A stretch of 64,000 bases of DNA, taken from NCBI GenBank assembly GCA_035559535.1, contig DATMBG010000042.1, positions 1 to 64,000 of the forward strand, given 5' to 3'. Every line of letters starts with the position of its first letter. Within the stretch, counting starts at the first letter, position 1. The stretch comes from Candidatus Limnocylindrales bacterium (GTDB lineage: Bacteria; Moduliflexota; Moduliflexia; Moduliflexales; JAUQPW01). The notes beneath the pieces are model-generated. The model saw only the letters and a program-made list of their open reading frames with translations. It was not told the DNA's origin and did not search any database. Positions 21,054 through 31,013 of the stretch are shown here, piece by piece. Both the position numbers and the translations under genes were made by a program.

Positions 21054-22397
21054 GTGTCAGATCTGAGTAAAGAACTTAAGACAAAACATATGTTTTTAAA
21101 CATGGGTCCCTCGCATCCGGCCATGCATGGGATTATCCGTATCATATTGGAACTGGACGGGGAGACGGTGGTCAATTCCGAGGTAGAGATCGGATACCTC
21201 CACCGGTGCTTTGAGAAACATGCAGAAAACAGTACCTACAACCAGGTAATTCCTTATACGGACCGGTTAAATTATGTGTCTCCACTGATTAATAATGTAG
21301 GCTACGCCCTGGCGGTGGAGAAACTTCTGGGAATAGAGGTCCCCGAGCGATGTAAATATATCCGGGTTATCATGAGTGAGATTTCCCGGATTACAGATCA
21401 CCTGACCTGTATCGGAGCCTCTGCCATGGAGTTGGGTGCCTTTACGGCCTTTCTTTATATGATCAAAGCCCGGGAGCTCCTCTATGAGCTTATCGAAGCG
21501 GTGACCGGAGCTCGATTGACCATTTCGTACACCCGGGTAGGTGGCGTAAAGGCAGACCTGCCGGAAGGATTTGCCCAAAGGACGAAACAGGCCTTTGCAA
21601 AGGTCCGGGAAATCCTGGATGAGGTCGACAAGCTTCTCACACGGAACCGCATTTTTATGGACCGAATGAAAGGAGTGGGTGTCATTTCCAAAGAAGATGC
21701 CATCAGTTATGGGTTTACAGGCCCTCTCCTTCGAGCCTTGGGGGTGGAGTATGATGTACGAAAAGCCAATCCTTATTTGGTTTACGACAGGCTAGACTTT
21801 AAAATTCCCCTGGGTTCCAACGGGGATAATTACGACCGGTACCTGGTTCGCATGGCAGAAATGGAACAAAGTATGCGAATTGTAGAGCAGGCTTTGGAAC
21901 AGATACCTTCAGGACCTATCAACGTGGATCACCGGGGGGAGATTTTGATACAACCAGCGGATATGGTCGATCGAGCCAAATTGGGACAAACTAAAGATCT
22001 CCTTATTACGGAGATTTCCCTTTCACCCAATTTGGAAGGATCCGAGGAAAAGGTCTATCCGGCCATTAATGCCAACGAAAAACGGGTTGTCTTACCTCCC
22101 AAGGAAGAAACCTACGGCAATATCGAAGGACTCATGAATCACTTCATGTTGATTATGGATGGGTGGGGAATCCGACCCCCCAAAGGGGAAGTTTATTTCC
22201 CTGTGGAAGGAGCCAATGGAGAGTTGGGGTTTTATATCATCAGTGATGGAACCGATAAACCGTACCGCGTACGGGTCCGACCTCCGTGTTTTCAATTAAC
22301 CGCAGCCCTCCCTAAGATGATCAATGGCGGCATGGTTGCCGATATTATTCCCACGTTCGGGTCTATTAACATGATTGGAGGAGAATTGGATCGATGA
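21054..22397 (+). CDS. nuoD: NADH-quinone oxidoreductase subunit D
   Basis: NMGPSHPAMHG, GYLHR, DRLNY, C-terminal GELDR. Confidence 0.96.
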   Translation: MSDLSKELKTKHMFLNMGPSHPAMHGIIRIILELDGETVVNSEVEIGYLHRCFEKHAENSTYNQVIPYTDRLNYVSPLINNVGYALAVEKLLGIEVPERCKYIRVIMSEISRITDHLTCIGASAMELGAFTAFLYMIKARELLYELIEAVTGARLTISYTRVGGVKADLPEGFAQRTKQAFAKVREILDEVDKLLTRNRIFMDRMKGVGVISKEDAISYGFTGPLLRALGVEYDVRKANPYLVYDRLDFKIPLGSNGDNYDRYLVRMAEMEQSMRIVEQALEQIPSGPINVDHRGEILIQPADMVDRAKLGQTKDLLITEISLSPNLEGSEEKVYPAINANEKRVVLPPKEETYGNIEGLMNHFMLIMDGWGIRPPKGEVYFPVEGANGELGFYIISDGTDKPYRVRVRPPCFQLTAALPKMINGGMVADIIPTFGSINMIGGELDR

Positions 22398-22912
22398 GCT
22401 TGTTAGAGATTTCTACCGAAGATAAATCCGTAAAACCCTCTATTTCGTTTTCCCCGGAGGCTAAAGCCAAATTTGAAAAGATCTTGACCCTCTATCCACC
22501 GGGTACGCAAGCGCCTTTACTTCCGGTACTCCATCTGGCTCAGGAGGAGTTTGGCTATCTTTCTCTGGAGGTTCAAGAATACGTTGCAAAGCTGATGAAT
22601 CTGCCGGTTACAACCGTCCATGAAGTTGTATCCTTTTATACCCTCTTTAAAAAGGAGCCTACCGGAAAGTATTGGATCCAGGTCTGTACCAATCTTTCTT
22701 GTAACCTGAGGGGTTGTGAGAAAATCGTCGATTACATCTCCAGAAAGCTGGGAATTCAGGTCGGACAGACCACGCCTGACAAGAAATTTACTTTGACCAC
22801 CGTAGAATGTTTATGTGCCTGTGAAATGGCTCCTATGATGCAGATCAACGAAGACTACTATGGCTATCTTACAGAAGCCAGGGTTGATGAAATTTTGGAT
22901 AACTTGAGGTAG
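22394..22912 (+). CDS. nuoE: NADH-quinone oxidoreductase subunit E
   Basis: VVSFYTLF, CTNLSC and ECLCAC 2Fe-2S ligands. Confidence 0.95.
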   Translation: MSLLEISTEDKSVKPSISFSPEAKAKFEKILTLYPPGTQAPLLPVLHLAQEEFGYLSLEVQEYVAKLMNLPVTTVHEVVSFYTLFKKEPTGKYWIQVCTNLSCNLRGCEKIVDYISRKLGIQVGQTTPDKKFTLTTVECLCACEMAPMMQINEDYYGYLTEARVDEILDNLR

Positions 22913-23011
22913 GTCAAACGCCTCGTTTGACATTTGAGACCGGAGACTTGAAACGAGAGACCGGAAGCTCGATTTTCCAGCCTCTCGCCTCAAGTTTCCT
23001 GCCTCTCAGGG

Positions 23012-24289
23012 ATGGCTGAACTGGTTTTAACTAAAAACTTTGGGGTTCCGGATTTTCACAAGATCGAGGGGTACATCCGGTGCGGTGGTTACGAGGGTTT
23101 GAAAAAAACACTGGAAGAATTTACACCGGATCAGGTGATTGAAGAAGTAAAAAAATCCAACCTGCGCGGACTGGGAGGAGCCGGTTTCTCAACCGGAATG
23201 AAGTGGAGTTTTGTTCCCAAGGATTCTCCAAAGCCCAAGTATTTGGTGATTAATGCCGATGAAGGGGAACCGGGAACCTTTAAAGATCGATACCTCCTTG
23301 AAAAAGCCCCCCATATGCTTATCGAAGGAGCCGTCATTGCTGCTTACGCCGTGGGAATCCATACGGCCTACGTGTATATTCGGGGAGAATACGTAAAGCC
23401 CGCGAAAATTCTCCAAAATGCCATTGAAGAAGCCTATGCACATGGATTTTTGGGGAAAAATATTCTGGGAAAAGGGTTCGATCTGGACCTGATCATCCAT
23501 CGAGGTGCAGGGGCCTATATCTGTGGAGAGGAAACCGGATTACTGGAATCCCTGGAAGGAAAGAAAGGGTGGCCCAGACTTAAACCCCCCTTTCCGGCTA
23601 TTGTTGGACTTTTTAAATGCCCCACCGTCGTGAACAATGTAGAAACCCTTTCCCAATTACCCCATATCATGAAAAATGGGGCAGCCTGGTTTGCCAATAT
23701 CTGCCAGGGAGCTCCCAAATGCGGTGGAACCCGAATCTTTAGTGTAAGCGGCCATGTCAACAGACCCGGGATTTATGAATTACCTCTGACCGTGACCCTG
23801 CGGGAAATTATCTACGACCATGCCGGGGGAATTCCAGGTGGAAAAAAACTCAAAGCCGTTATACCGGGAGGTTCTTCCGCACCGGTATTAACCGCCGATG
23901 AAATCGATGTGAAAATGGATTTTGATTCCCTCATGGCCGCAAAAACCATGGGGGGATCGGGGGGCGTAATCGTCATGGATGAAGATACCTGTATGGTCAA
24001 GGCGCTCTATGTCCTTGCTAAATTCTATGCCCATGAATCCTGCGGTCAGTGTACCCCCTGTCGGGAGGGAACCGGCTGGATTGCTAAGATTTTACACCGA
24101 CTGGTCCACGGGGAAGGCCGTCCTGGAGATCCAGACACCCTTAAATCAGTAGCCGATAATATCGCAGGTAATACCATCTGCCCCTTCGGAGATGGGGCAG
24201 CCTGGCCGGTTCAAAGTTTTGTGAAAAAGTTCCGAAGCGAGTTCGAATACCACGCCAAGGAAAGAAAGTGTGATATTTTAAAGACATAA
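23012..24289 (+). CDS. nuoF: NADH-quinone oxidoreductase subunit F
   Basis: LRGLGGAGF, NADEGEPG, GAGAYICGEE, ESCGQCTPCREG. Confidence 0.97.
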   Translation: MAELVLTKNFGVPDFHKIEGYIRCGGYEGLKKTLEEFTPDQVIEEVKKSNLRGLGGAGFSTGMKWSFVPKDSPKPKYLVINADEGEPGTFKDRYLLEKAPHMLIEGAVIAAYAVGIHTAYVYIRGEYVKPAKILQNAIEEAYAHGFLGKNILGKGFDLDLIIHRGAGAYICGEETGLLESLEGKKGWPRLKPPFPAIVGLFKCPTVVNNVETLSQLPHIMKNGAAWFANICQGAPKCGGTRIFSVSGHVNRPGIYELPLTVTLREIIYDHAGGIPGGKKLKAVIPGGSSAPVLTADEIDVKMDFDSLMAAKTMGGSGGVIVMDEDTCMVKALYVLAKFYAHESCGQCTPCREGTGWIAKILHRLVHGEGRPGDPDTLKSVADNIAGNTICPFGDGAAWPVQSFVKKFRSEFEYHAKERKCDILKT

Positions 24290-24375
24290 CCCACGAAGAA
24301 CCGGAAGGGTCCATCGGCAGAAAGACTTTTTTCCCCTGCCTGCTTCTTCAGGTTCCTCGGGGTTCATGTTCTCTT

Positions 24376-25995
24376 ATGCCCACATTAACCATTGACGGAA
24401 AAGAAATCACTGTTGAAAAGGGAACAACGATTATCCAGGCAGCCGAAAAACTGGGAATCGAAATTCCTCGCTATTGTTACCATCCGGGACTCAGTATAGC
24501 CGGAAACTGTCGGATGTGCCTGGTGGAGATTGAAAAGTCCCCTAAACTCCAGATCTCCTGTTATACCCAGGCTGCGGATGGAATGGTCGTTCATACGACC
24601 AGTGAGAAGGTGAAAGCGGCCAGGCGGGCTATCCTGGAATTTTTATTGATTAATCACCCGGTAGATTGTCCCGTTTGCGATCAGGCCGGTGAATGCTGGC
24701 TTCAAATTTATTATATGGAACACGGATTGTATAACTCCCGGTTCATGGAAAATAAAGTTCGTAAACACTTCAAAGCCACCCCGATCGGACCCTGGGTTAA
24801 TCTGGATTCAGAACGCTGTATCCTCTGTTCCCGCTGCGTCCGATTTACCAGTGAAATAACCAAAACCTATGAGCTGGCCCTGGTGAACCGGGGAGATCAC
24901 TCGGAAATTACCATATTCCCGGGTAAAGAGTTGAACAATAAATACTCCGGAAACGTAGTAGATATTTGTCCAGTCGGAGCCTTAACCGATCGAGATTTTC
25001 GGTTCCAGTGCCGGGTCTGGTATCTGGATAAACAGGAATCCATCTGCCCCGGATGTAGTCGGGGCTGCAACATTGAAATCCACTATAACGTTCAACGCGC
25101 CCACCACGCCGGAGGACGTAGAGTTTTAAGAATAAAACCACGTTTTAACCCCGAGGTCAATAAATGGTGGATCTGCGATGAAGGACGCTATGGCTACAAA
25201 TTTATAGATGATAAAAGCCGGATTCAAATGCCTTATCTGCAAGAAGGAGAAGTTCTGGTGGAAACAGATTGGAAAGTAGTACTGGATAAGGTGGCTTCAA
25301 CCCTTCGGTCGATTCTTACCACCTACGGAACCGAAAGTATTGGGGTTATCGCATCTCCTCAGTTAACCAACGAAGATCTCTACCTCATCCGAAAGCTCTT
25401 TGTGGAAGACCTCAGACTCCCCCACGTGGATTTTAAGGTTCCTGTGAAAGAGAAAGGGTACGAAGATGATTTTCTGATCAAAGCCGACAAGAACCCTAAC
25501 ACCCGGGGGGCTGAAGAGCTTGGGTTGGGAGCCAGAGAAGGCTCTTTGAATGTGGAAAATATGCTGGAAGCAGCCGGTACGGGCAGACTCAAGGCTTTGT
25601 ATGTCTTCGGACAGGATCTAACCAACTTCTTTGGAGAAGAAAAAATTAAAGAGATCGCTTCTCGCCTGGAGTTACTGGTTTTCCAGGGAAGTAATCTGAA
25701 TCCAACCGGACAATACGCCCATGTCATCCTACCCTCCGCTACCTATGCGGAGAAAGATGGTACATTTACCAACTTTGAAGGTCGGGTTCAACGGATCTAC
25801 AAAGCCGTGGAACCTTTAGGAGAATCCTTACCGGATTGGGAAATCATCATTAAACTGGCCAGGTTGATGGGATTTTCTTATCCTTATCAATCCGCCCGGG
25901 AAATCTTCGAAGAAATCGCAACGGTGATTCCTGCTTTTAACGGGTTGAGTTATAAGGTAATCGGCAGTCAGGGTGCAAAGCTCGCAACAGTCTGA
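24376..25995 (+). CDS. nuoG: NADH-quinone oxidoreductase subunit G, short form
   Basis: IPRYCYH, GNCRMC, NHPVDCPVCDQAGEC, CILCSRC, CPVGALT. Confidence 0.93.
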   Translation: MPTLTIDGKEITVEKGTTIIQAAEKLGIEIPRYCYHPGLSIAGNCRMCLVEIEKSPKLQISCYTQAADGMVVHTTSEKVKAARRAILEFLLINHPVDCPVCDQAGECWLQIYYMEHGLYNSRFMENKVRKHFKATPIGPWVNLDSERCILCSRCVRFTSEITKTYELALVNRGDHSEITIFPGKELNNKYSGNVVDICPVGALTDRDFRFQCRVWYLDKQESICPGCSRGCNIEIHYNVQRAHHAGGRRVLRIKPRFNPEVNKWWICDEGRYGYKFIDDKSRIQMPYLQEGEVLVETDWKVVLDKVASTLRSILTTYGTESIGVIASPQLTNEDLYLIRKLFVEDLRLPHVDFKVPVKEKGYEDDFLIKADKNPNTRGAEELGLGAREGSLNVENMLEAAGTGRLKALYVFGQDLTNFFGEEKIKEIASRLELLVFQGSNLNPTGQYAHVILPSATYAEKDGTFTNFEGRVQRIYKAVEPLGESLPDWEIIIKLARLMGFSYPYQSAREIFEEIATVIPAFNGLSYKVIGSQGAKLATV

Positions 25996-26121
25996 GGGTA
26001 TGGGAGTGTGGAAGTGTGGGAGTAGAGAAGTATGGGGGTATGGGAGTGTGGAAGTGTGGAAAGTAAAGTATTTATTTTGTACTTCAACACCCCATACTCC
26101 CACACCCTTGGTTAGATAGAA

Positions 26122-27159
26122 ATGGATTTAGCTATTGAAGTCATTAAGGTTGTCGTTGTTCTCTTCGGAGTCTTGAACCTGGCAGGGTTATTGACCTGGG
26201 TGGAGCGCAAACAGAGTGCGGTCATGCAAGACCGGATTGGGGCCAATCGTGCATCCATTCTGGGGATTAGAGCTTTTGGACTTTTTCATCCCCTGGCAGA
26301 TGCGGCTAAATTGATCCTTAAAGAGGATTTTATACCGGAAGGTGGTAACAAAGTTTTACACACCTTGGCTCCCTTTGCGTCGCTGTTCTTTGCCCTGCTC
26401 GCGTTCGCAGCAATTCCATTTGGTAATGTGCTGATCCTGGATGGAAAGGAAATTAACCTGCAAATCGCCAATCTGAATGTGGGGATCCTTTACATTTTTG
26501 CCATGATGTCCATGGGAGTTTACGGAGTTGTTTTAGCCGGATGGTCTTCCAACAATAAATATTCCCTTCTGGGAGGACTACGAGCTTCCTCACAAATGAT
26601 ATCCTATGAAATCACCATGGGTGTTTCCATCATGGGAATTATCATGGTCTATAATTCCCTGGATCTCCAGGAAATTGTCCGAAGACAAGGCGAGCTTCTT
26701 TGGGGTTTTATCCCCAAATGGGGGGTCATTACACAACCTCTGGCGTGTCTGCTGTTCATGACTGCCATCATTGCAGAAACCAAGCGGATTCCCTTTGATC
26801 TTCCAGAGGGAGAGTCGGAAATTATCGGTTACTTCACCGAATATAGTGGGATGAAATTTGGGATGTTCTTCATGACTGATTTTGTCGAAACGGTCCTGGC
26901 AGCGGCCTTGATGACCACTCTGTTTTTTGGTGGATGGCAAATTCCCTATGTCCATGGAAATAGCCTGACTATCGTTATTTTACAGGTTCTGGCTTTTACG
27001 TTAAAAGTGATCTTCTTCTGCTGGTTCTTCATGCTCATTCGGTGGACCCTTCCAAGGTTCCGATACGATCAATTAATGAAACTCGGGTGGAAGATGATGC
27101 TTCCCCTTTCCCTGGCCAATATCTTCGTCACAGGATTGGTAATCCTGTTATGGAACTAA
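26122..27159 (+). CDS. nuoH: NADH-quinone oxidoreductase subunit H
   Basis: ERK..QDRIG, KYSLLGGLR, PFDLPEGESE, RWTLPRFRYDQLM. Confidence 0.96.
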   Translation: MDLAIEVIKVVVVLFGVLNLAGLLTWVERKQSAVMQDRIGANRASILGIRAFGLFHPLADAAKLILKEDFIPEGGNKVLHTLAPFASLFFALLAFAAIPFGNVLILDGKEINLQIANLNVGILYIFAMMSMGVYGVVLAGWSSNNKYSLLGGLRASSQMISYEITMGVSIMGIIMVYNSLDLQEIVRRQGELLWGFIPKWGVITQPLACLLFMTAIIAETKRIPFDLPEGESEIIGYFTEYSGMKFGMFFMTDFVETVLAAALMTTLFFGGWQIPYVHGNSLTIVILQVLAFTLKVIFFCWFFMLIRWTLPRFRYDQLMKLGWKMMLPLSLANIFVTGLVILLWN

Positions 27160-27352
27160 AAAGAGGTCTTAAAAAATTTTAATTTTCTTTAGGAAGAGGT
27201 ATTAAAAATTGGCAATCTGGTTGCACAGATGAAAATTTCAAGAATATCCTGGAGATCTTGTTTCATTATCAAACATATTTCCGATGAAACCAAGGAATCC
27301 TGGGATTCAGAGATGGGTGAAGGCACCCCTGTTGAGTAGGTTATAAATTTCT

Positions 27353-27874
27353 ATGAGGAAAGAAGAATTGACTTTTTGGGAGCAACTTTATATCCCGCAA
27401 ATTTATGAAGGTTTGAAGGTTACGGCCCGTCATTTCTTTAAAAACATGAAAGGCCATATCGCCCGTTTGTTAGGAAGGCCTGTAAAGGATGATGAAACCG
27501 TCACCATCCAGTATCCTGAAGAACGTCGACCCCTATCTCCTCGACTTCGGAGTTTACATCGTCTGGTAAAACGGGCAGATGGAACCCCACGTTGTGTTGC
27601 CTGTATGATGTGTGAAACCATTTGTCCGGCCCGATGCATTTATATTGTCGCTGCTGAGCATCCGAATCCTGATATCGAGAAGCGACCTGCCCGCTTCGAT
27701 ATCGACCTGGGCAAGTGCATCTTTTGTGGCTACTGTGTCGAAGCCTGTCCAGAAGATGCCATTCGGATGGATACAGGAATACTGGAATTTGCGGCCTATA
27801 CCCGTCAAGACATGATCTATACCATGGAAAGATTGCTGGCCCATGAACCTATGAAAATAACCTCACAAGGTTAA
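27353..27874 (+). CDS. nuoI: NADH-quinone oxidoreductase subunit I
   Basis: TIQYPEE; two 4Fe-4S motifs CVACMMCETICP and CIFCGYCVEACP. Confidence 0.95.
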   Translation: MRKEELTFWEQLYIPQIYEGLKVTARHFFKNMKGHIARLLGRPVKDDETVTIQYPEERRPLSPRLRSLHRLVKRADGTPRCVACMMCETICPARCIYIVAAEHPNPDIEKRPARFDIDLGKCIFCGYCVEACPEDAIRMDTGILEFAAYTRQDMIYTMERLLAHEPMKITSQG

Positions 27875-27948
27875 CGACTTTAGTTGAGTAGGAAGAAGTC
27901 CTAAAAGAAAGTTCCCGGCTTTTTAAAAAAGAGGGGTTACTAAATTTT

Positions 27949-29958
27949 ATGCATCCAACACAAAGTCTTTTGGGTTTCATTTTTTTCTGCCTTCTATTGG
28001 CAGTTTCCATAGGAATCTTTTCCTATCTTCTCTATCGGCGTTATGATTTAATGCGCCGGGCACAACCCGAGAATCGTTTCGATGAAATAAGCCGAAGAAT
28101 CAAAGAAACCCTTATTTACGTTTTCGGACAGAAGCGTCTTTTCAAAGGGAAGTATTTCCTGGCGGGGGTTCTCCACGCCCTTATTTTCTGGGGATTTTTG
28201 GTTGTATCCATCCATACGATCCATATGATAGGAGGCGGTTTCGTGCAAGGATTTCATTTGCCTTATTTGAGTCCCCAGACCCGATTGGGAGCTTCTTACG
28301 CTTTTGTGCGGGATATCTTTGAGGTTTTGGTTTTGGTCATGGTTCTGGCGGCTGCCTATCGTCGGGCGGTACTCCGTCCCCCGCGAATTACCCGGTCCTG
28401 GGATGCCGTCTTGATATTGACCCTGATCGGAACTCTCATGGTAACCGATTTCATCCTCCATGGGGCTGAAACGGCTTTACAGGGTTATGAAAATACCAGA
28501 TCTCCCGTTGGAGCCGTTCTGGCCAGCTTTTTTAATGGATGGAGATTACAGGAAACTACCCTTCAAGTTTTACAGGGAACTGCCTGGTGGCTTCATCTGG
28601 GAGTTCTCCTCTTCTTCCTGGATTATCTGCCCCTTTCTAAACATTTCCATGTCATTACCTCCTTACCCAATGTGTTTTTTAGAAATTTCCACAAGAACGC
28701 TCTCAAACCCCTTGACCTTGAAAACGCAGAGACTTTTGGGATCCACAAACTTGAGGACCTTACCTGGAAAAATATCCTGGATATTTACACCTGTACAGAA
28801 TGTGGCCGTTGTCAGGATGCCTGCCCGGCCCACTTTACGGGAAAACCTTTGAATCCCAAGAAGATCAATGAGGATCTGCGCGAGTACATTTACCAAAAGG
28901 ATTCTCTGGGGACCTGGAATCGGAGGAACGGAGGGGAAGAAGAGTTAGAACTCCCCTTGGCCGGGGGAGTGATTCATGAAGATGTTCTCTGGGCCTGTAC
29001 AACCTGCGGGGCCTGTGAGGAACAATGCCCTCTTTTTATCGAGTTTATCGACCGCATTGTGGGGATGCGTCGCCATCTGGTTCTCATGGAGAGTCGATTC
29101 CCGGAAGAGACAAAAACTACCTTTAGAAATATGGAAAACACCGGTAATCCCTGGGGTTTAAGTCCGGACTCCCGGGCAGACTGGGCAAAGGAATTGGGAG
29201 TTAAACAGCTATCCGAGGAGGAAGAGGTAGAAATTTTGTATTGGATAGGTTGTGCCGGAGCCTTTGAAGATCGAAACAAGAAGGTAGCGCGCTCGGTGGT
29301 TCAGTTACTCAAAAAGGCCGGGGTGAAGTTTGGCATCCTGGGGAATGAAGAGGGTTGCACTGGGGAATCGGCCCGTCGAATTGGAAATGAATATCTGTTT
29401 CAGATGCTGGCCCGATCCAATATTGAAACTTTAAACCGATACAAGGTCAAGAAAATATTGACGCATTGCCCCCACTGTTTTAATACTATAAGAAACGAAT
29501 ACCCTCAATTCGGAGGAAATTATGAGGTCGTCCACCATACGCAGTTTATAGCCGATTTGATTCAACAAGGGAGACTCAAACCTACGAAGGCGTTGGAAAA
29601 AACCGTGACTTATCACGATTCATGTTATCTGGGAAGGCATAATGGCATTTATGAAGCCCCTCGAAAAATTTTACAGGCAATCCCTGGAGCTAAAATGGTG
29701 GAATTGCCGCGGAACAGGAAAAACAGTTTTTGCTGTGGAGCGGGAGGAGGTCGTATGTGGATGGAAGAGAACCAGGGAACCCGGGTTAACCTGGCCCGGA
29801 TAGAAGAAGTGGTAGAATCTAAAGCAGAAGTACTCGGAACCGCCTGTCCTTTCTGCCTTATCATGTTGGGGGATGGGGTCAGACAAATTGGAAAAGAAGA
29901 GTCCCTGAAAACCGTTGACCTGGTTCAGTTATTGAGTGAATCCATAGAAATGGATTAA
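27949..29958 (+). CDS. Membrane-bound Fe-S oxidoreductase with CCG domains (FadF/HdrD-like, NarI-like TM domain)
   Basis: TM helices with conserved His (LHALIFWGF, SKHFH), CTECGRC..CP, CTTCGAC..CP, CPHC, YHDSCYLGR, CCGAGGG, ACPFC. Confidence 0.88.
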   Translation: MHPTQSLLGFIFFCLLLAVSIGIFSYLLYRRYDLMRRAQPENRFDEISRRIKETLIYVFGQKRLFKGKYFLAGVLHALIFWGFLVVSIHTIHMIGGGFVQGFHLPYLSPQTRLGASYAFVRDIFEVLVLVMVLAAAYRRAVLRPPRITRSWDAVLILTLIGTLMVTDFILHGAETALQGYENTRSPVGAVLASFFNGWRLQETTLQVLQGTAWWLHLGVLLFFLDYLPLSKHFHVITSLPNVFFRNFHKNALKPLDLENAETFGIHKLEDLTWKNILDIYTCTECGRCQDACPAHFTGKPLNPKKINEDLREYIYQKDSLGTWNRRNGGEEELELPLAGGVIHEDVLWACTTCGACEEQCPLFIEFIDRIVGMRRHLVLMESRFPEETKTTFRNMENTGNPWGLSPDSRADWAKELGVKQLSEEEEVEILYWIGCAGAFEDRNKKVARSVVQLLKKAGVKFGILGNEEGCTGESARRIGNEYLFQMLARSNIETLNRYKVKKILTHCPHCFNTIRNEYPQFGGNYEVVHHTQFIADLIQQGRLKPTKALEKTVTYHDSCYLGRHNGIYEAPRKILQAIPGAKMVELPRNRKNSFCCGAGGGRMWMEENQGTRVNLARIEEVVESKAEVLGTACPFCLIMLGDGVRQIGKEESLKTVDLVQLLSESIEMD

Positions 29959-30189
29959 GAAAATCTCTACTCCCGGTCAGATACTCTTTTTCGTGAAGGG
30001 GAGGTAAGGGATTTCTCCTAAGGTTCAGGTGGGAGGTTTAAGGCTTTTAAAAATCCCACGTAAGGTACCGACTAAGAGCTAAGAGGCTTAGAAGGTAAAG
30101 AGGTAGATAACGGATCCAAGATCGCGAAATGGGAAGAAGTAGATCTTTGTTCCGTAATCTCCGGATTTAGGTTGAAAAGGAGAATCATT

Positions 30190-30684
30190 ATGCGAGCAAC
30201 TATGAGATTACAGGTCGGTGATGAAGCACCGGACTTTACCCTTCCGGCCACGGGTGAAACTGCCGGAAAAGGTCAAGAGCGAAAGAATATCAGTCTGAAG
30301 GATTATCGAGGGAAGAAAAACGTACTCCTGGCTTTTGTTCCTGCGGCCTTTACAAAGGTTTGAAGTGCCCAGATGCCTGCTTACGAGGAAGATCTGGCCG
30401 AGTTTAGCAGGTATGACACCCAGGTACTGGGTATCAGCACGGATAATGTACCTTCCCTGGAGAATTGGGCGAAAAGCATGGGTGGGTTATCTTATCCACT
30501 TCTGAGCGACTTCTGGCCCCATGGTCAGGTTGCCCTTAAATATGGAATCTTAAGGGAAGAGGGGATATGTGAGAGAGCCCTGTTTGTCATTGACAAGCAA
30601 GGAATTATTCGATATATCGATATCCACCCCATCGGGGACCAGCCGGATAATGCTGAAATTTTCGAGGTGTTGAAAAAACTCTAG
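30190..30684 (+). CDS. Peroxiredoxin (AhpE/AhpC-TSA family); candidate selenoprotein (U58)
   Basis: ORFs 30172-30363 and 30373-30684 are in frame. The joined sequence [14 protein letters not shown] puts TGA 30361-30363 at the peroxidatic Cys of PxxxTxx[10 protein letters not shown] and ERALFVID follow. Confidence 0.9.
30369..30397 (+). promoter_or_regulatory. Candidate SECIS hairpin of the peroxiredoxin
   Basis: CCAGAT/ATCTGG lower stem, CCT/AGG upper stem, loop starting with G 15 nt after the UGA. Confidence 0.5.
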
Positions 30685-30852
30685 TCGGAAGTATACCCGG
30701 GCAGGTCCCCCTTTGAATTTTAAACTCCTTACGTGGGATAAATCTTTTTACCGATAGTTTAAACCAGACCGGGTGAATTCGGGGGGAAGGGGGGTGGAAA
30801 AGGATTTTTCTGAAAAGGGATTCCCCCGCAAATAGTCGAGGACTAAAAGTTC

Positions 30853-30881
30853 TTGATTCTTAATCGGTATTCTCGTATATT
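30853..30881 (+). promoter_or_regulatory. Sigma70-type promoter of clpC
   Basis: TTGATT-N17-TATATT. Confidence 0.45.
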
Positions 30882-31013
30882 ATCAATAGGAAAGCGTTAT
30901 ACGATGATTCCTATCATCAGCGAATAAAATTCGCCGGAACTCGGTTTAATGAGTTATTAAATAAAAAAGGGTCTCTGCGTGACAATGGGTTAAAAATTTA
31001 TAAGGAGGTTCCG

